Of a stretch of DNA of 38,570 nucleotides, positions 36,221-38,570 are shown in pieces. Under the pieces are notes generated by a model. That model saw nothing but the letters and a program-made list of their open reading frames with translations, made no database searches and was not told the origin of the DNA. The translations under genes were made by a program, and so were the position numbers. Source of the stretch: an uncultured Chitinophagaceae bacterium (GTDB lineage: Bacteria > Bacteroidota > Bacteroidia > Chitinophagales > Chitinophagaceae); contig CAILAF010000511.1 in assembly GCA_903832075.1 (NCBI GenBank), positions 1 to 38,570 of the forward strand. The letters run 5' to 3'. Every line of letters starts with the position of its first letter. The stretch's first letter is position 1.

Positions 36221-37219
36221 ATGACCACCAAACAAATTGTACTTGCTGCCCGACCAAAAGGCACACCCACTTTAGATAATTTTAAATTTCAACAAATTGA
36301 ATTATCCGAATTAAAACTTGGCGAAGTATTATTGCAAGGTTTGTATTATTCCGTTGATCCTTATATGCGTGGCAGAATGAATGAAGGCAAATCATATATT
36401 CCTCCTTTTCAAATCGATCAGGTTATTCAAGGTGGCGTGATTGCTGAAGTAAAAGAATCTAAGTCCGATATTTTTATTAAAGGAGATATTGTTACCGGCA
36501 TGTTGCCCTGGAGCGAACAATTTATTGCCGAAGAAAAGACCATTAAAAAAATTGATACAACTATTGCACCGCCCGGTTATTATTTAAGTGTTTTAGGAAT
36601 GCCGGGTTTAACTGCTTATTTCGGTTTAATGCATATCTGTAAACCTAAAGCCGGTGAAACCGTTGTGGTATCGGGTGCCGCTGGTGCAGTAGGCGTAGTG
36701 GTTGGACAAATTGCAAAACTGAATGGTTGTCGTGTGGTTGGTATTGCAGGCTCGGATGAAAAAATAAAGTTATTGAAAGATGAATTTGGTTTTGATGAAG
36801 CTATCAATTATAAAACTACCGATAACATAAAAAAAGCCATTGCTGCTGCATGCCCTAATGGTGTTGATATTTATTTTGATAATGTAGGCGGCGACATTTC
36901 TGATGCAGTGATCGCGAATATTAATTTTCATGCACGCATTGCTTTATGCGGACAAATATCTTTATACAACAGTTCCGAAATACCTGTTGGTCCTCGCTTA
37001 CAGCCTATGCTGTTAACAAGAAGTGTATTGATGCAAGGTTTTATTATAAGCAATTATCATCTTTTATTTTCAGAAGGTATTCAACATTTAGCGCAATGGA
37101 TAAAAGAAGGAAAAATAAAATTCACAGAAACCATTGTGCATGGTTTTGATCAATTACCTGTTGCATTACTTGGATTGTTTAAAGGAGAGAATACAGGTAA
37201 GATGATTGTGAAGGCATAG
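36221..37219 (+). CDS. NADP-dependent oxidoreductase (medium-chain reductase, alkenal/one or PTGR-like)
   Basis: 332 aa with the Rossmann motif GAAGAVG. The overall pattern matches YncB/CurA-like enoate reductases. Confidence 0.85.
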   Translation: MTTKQIVLAARPKGTPTLDNFKFQQIELSELKLGEVLLQGLYYSVDPYMRGRMNEGKSYIPPFQIDQVIQGGVIAEVKESKSDIFIKGDIVTGMLPWSEQFIAEEKTIKKIDTTIAPPGYYLSVLGMPGLTAYFGLMHICKPKAGETVVVSGAAGAVGVVVGQIAKLNGCRVVGIAGSDEKIKLLKDEFGFDEAINYKTTDNIKKAIAAACPNGVDIYFDNVGGDISDAVIANINFHARIALCGQISLYNSSEIPVGPRLQPMLLTRSVLMQGFIISNYHLLFSEGIQHLAQWIKEGKIKFTETIVHGFDQLPVALLGLFKGENTGKMIVKA

Positions 37220-37275
37220 TTATCTTGTTTTCTTTTTGATGATACAAGGAAATAAAAATCAATTCTTTTTTTATT

Positions 37276-37303
37276 CAACCTTTTGTCTTGATACAAAAGG
37301 TTG
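37276..37303. terminator. Hairpin downstream of the oxidoreductase gene
   Basis: CAACCTTTTG / CAAAAGGTTG perfect 10-bp stem with an 8-nt loop. No clean U-tract follows. An overlapping alternative stem pairs GTCTTGAT (37285-37292) with ATCAAGAC (37313-37320). Confidence 0.4.
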
Positions 37304-37504
37304 AGCCAAAAAATCAAGACTGCATAAAAAAGCCTAAAAATAATTTCACTCCACTACAGCGAAGAAGCTTACTATCAGCTATTGTAATTTTATTGAACAA
37401 AGACTTATGAAGAGCTTTATATCATTATTGAACATCTTCGCTGTTTACGTTTCGTTCAATTATTTATTATACGGCTTTTTTATGAGGTCGGCATTTTCAT
37501 TCTG

Positions 37505-37801
37505 TCAATTATGTTGTTTGTCATGGCAAGATTTGCATACTGAAACGAGCCATTCAATTGGTTCTTTTCCGATATTGTATTTTGCGTATCTCTTATGATG
37601 AACCTGTGTCGCCCGACCACCGCAATATACGCAACGCCAATTGTCTCTCTTCATAACAACATAACGTTTCCTCTTCCAAGCTTCCGATTTTAAATAGTCA
37701 TTGCGATAATAGTCACGTCTCTGTTTGCGTCTGTACTCAAAAACAAACTGTTTTAATATAAAAATTGCTATTGCGAAAATTATTAAAAGCAATCCTTGCA
37801 T
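37505..37801 (-). CDS. Small membrane-anchored HNH-motif protein
   Basis: 98 aa with an N-terminal hydrophobic helix (GLLLIIFAIAIFIL), a basic linker, and then CVYCGG...HHKRY...CKSCHDKQH (HNH/zinc-finger nuclease pattern). Confidence 0.65.
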   Translation of the reverse strand: MQGLLLIIFAIAIFILKQFVFEYRRKQRRDYYRNDYLKSEAWKRKRYVVMKRDNWRCVYCGGRATQVHHKRYAKYNIGKEPIEWLVSVCKSCHDKQHN

Positions 37802-37823
37802 ATTTCTGTTTTGATTTATGCTA

Positions 37824-38198
37824 TTAGTTCTGTCGCAGACTCTTTAATTTGCCTGCTTCAAAATTTATTTCTAAGTCAGGCATATAATTATTCTTGATCT
37901 TATACCCCCAATCTTCAAGTGCATTTCCATAAGAGCGTAATTCGACATTATCAGGTTTACCTACAAGTATCCGTACAGAGTCTTTTGTCATACCTGTGTG
38001 CAAAGTCACATTTCCTTTCTTACCTTTTACTTCTATATATTGAACTGCTGCCTCTTGTTTAGTAAGGTTGTTTGATAGCGTTTGTATTAGTTCCTTAGCT
38101 AATTGTTCTCTAAAGGAACTTTCGCTTCTAAACCCAAATGCATACAAAAGCAAAGCTCCTACAAGCATACCACTAATAAATATTAAAACTTGTTTCAT
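37824..38198 (-). CDS. Membrane-anchored protein with a BamE/SmpA_OmlA-like motif
   Basis: 124 aa with an N-terminal TM segment (VLIFISGMLVGALLLYAFGF). GMTKDSVRILVGKPD resembles the BamE-like fold signature. Confidence 0.5.
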   Translation of the reverse strand: MKQVLIFISGMLVGALLLYAFGFRSESSFREQLAKELIQTLSNNLTKQEAAVQYIEVKGKKGNVTLHTGMTKDSVRILVGKPDNVELRSYGNALEDWGYKIKNNYMPDLEINFEAGKLKSLRQN

Positions 38199-38260
38199 TT
38201 TTCATTCATTATTTGAGTTAAATAAAGTCTTTTTGTTGTCTTGAGTAGTGTTTGTCTATG

Positions 38261-38400
38261 CTGACGCACAACGTTCACGCATTTGCGTTGTGTTGGCATT
38301 TGCAATTATATTGTTCAAATAAATTGATTTCGCCGAAACCTGCACCACAGCTCAACTTCACGTAGTCAGTCCGCCGACTTAACGCAAATGCTTTGTTGGC
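38261..38400. other. GC-enriched, inverted-repeat-rich non-coding block (candidate structured RNA or recombination site)
   Basis: By my hand count 63 of 140 nt are G or C, against clearly lower values in the other spacers. There is an 11-bp inverted repeat, GCATTTGCGTT (38279-38289) with AACGCAAATGC (38381-38391). There is also a local hairpin, CACAACG (38267-38273) with CGTTGTG (38286-38292). Confidence 0.3.
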
Positions 38401-38406
38401 TACAGA

Positions 38407-38570
38407 TTAACTTTTGAATTTTCTTTCCTCAATTATGAACTGTTTTAAAATTTCATTCCAGTCAAAAGTTTCTTTATTTGTTACTGCTTCTAAAATACGC
38501 TTAATAATATTTCTGCAATATTCAATTTTTGTTGATGATGAACAATTAACACAACTTGATGAATTAAATA
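38407..38570 (-). CDS. C-terminal end of an unknown protein (5' part outside the window)
   Basis: The minus-strand frame is open from the window edge to the TAA at 38409-38407. It reads ...FNSSSCVNCSSSTKIEYCRNIIKRILEAVTNKETFDWNEILKQFIIEERKFKS. It is absent from the ORF track because it is truncated. Confidence 0.4.
   Translation of the reverse strand, partial: FNSSSCVNCSSSTKIEYCRNIIKRILEAVTNKETFDWNEILKQFIIEERKFKS

Noticed and set aside
38258-38368. A 36-codon plus-strand ORF (MLTHNVHAFALCWHLQLYCSNKLISPKPAPQLNFT) inside the GC-rich spacer.
   Set aside because: It is very short, has no promoter box or translational context, and runs opposite to the surrounding genes. The inverted repeats explain the sequence constraints better than coding does.
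1-38570. A search for tRNA, rRNA or tmRNA genes, CRISPR arrays, IS elements, transposases or integrases, and terminal inverted repeats of mobile elements.
   Set aside because: I saw no T-loop-like GGTTCRAnYC motifs, no regularly spaced 25-40-nt direct repeats, and no ORF with transposase or integrase motifs. This was a visual scan only, and a proper tRNAscan, Infernal or ISfinder run could still find small elements.

Overview
AT-rich chromosomal segment with the hallmarks of a Bacteroidota genome. These are TAnnTTTG -7 boxes, Gln at +1 of almost every signal peptide, a Y_Y_Y/LytTR two-component pair, a Porin_10-like barrel and split MacB-type ABC genes. I support 37 CDS, two of them cut by the window edges, at high coding density.

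The content is overwhelmingly housekeeping:
- Central and lipid metabolism: fbaA, a cystathionine-beta-synthase-like enzyme, the yceD-rpmF-plsX operon, dcd, a 4'-phosphopantetheinyl transferase, a 2-oxoacid dehydrogenase E2, and pdhA about 20 kb away from it.
- Envelope and general functions: cinA, PBP4 (dacB), a thioesterase, glutaminyl cyclase, ychF, a sirtuin, and DUF1684, EVE and LutA-like proteins.
- Regulation, efflux and redox: a sensor kinase with a LytTR regulator, a TolC/MacA/MacB efflux operon, and an NADP-dependent oxidoreductase.

I see no rRNA, tRNA, CRISPR array, transposase, integrase or recognisable defence system. I cannot point to a clear-cut novel multi-gene system, so the window reads as mostly core genome.

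The leads worth a second look, in my order of interest:
1. An orphan promoter, three hairpins and an intrinsic terminator just upstream of the cysteine-free sirtuin gene (about 22945-23157). This is either an sRNA or an attenuator leader.
2. The right-hand 1.3 kb. It looks accessory and holds a membrane-anchored mini-HNH protein, a BamE-like membrane protein and a GC-enriched, inverted-repeat-rich 140-nt non-coding block (38261-38400).
3. A 34-bp perfect palindrome built from 14-bp tandem units inside the PPTase gene (7851-7888).
4. A roughly 45-nt element present twice (7360-7403 and 19219-19264), each copy at the 5' end of a plus-strand gene.
5. Intergenic hairpins and arrays built from tandem heptamers (TAAGTTn and nTAAATC).
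6. A tightly coupled TPR / beta-barrel / membrane-anchored HU-like gene triad (13776-19204).

All structural calls were made by eye from the sequence. None has been checked against databases.
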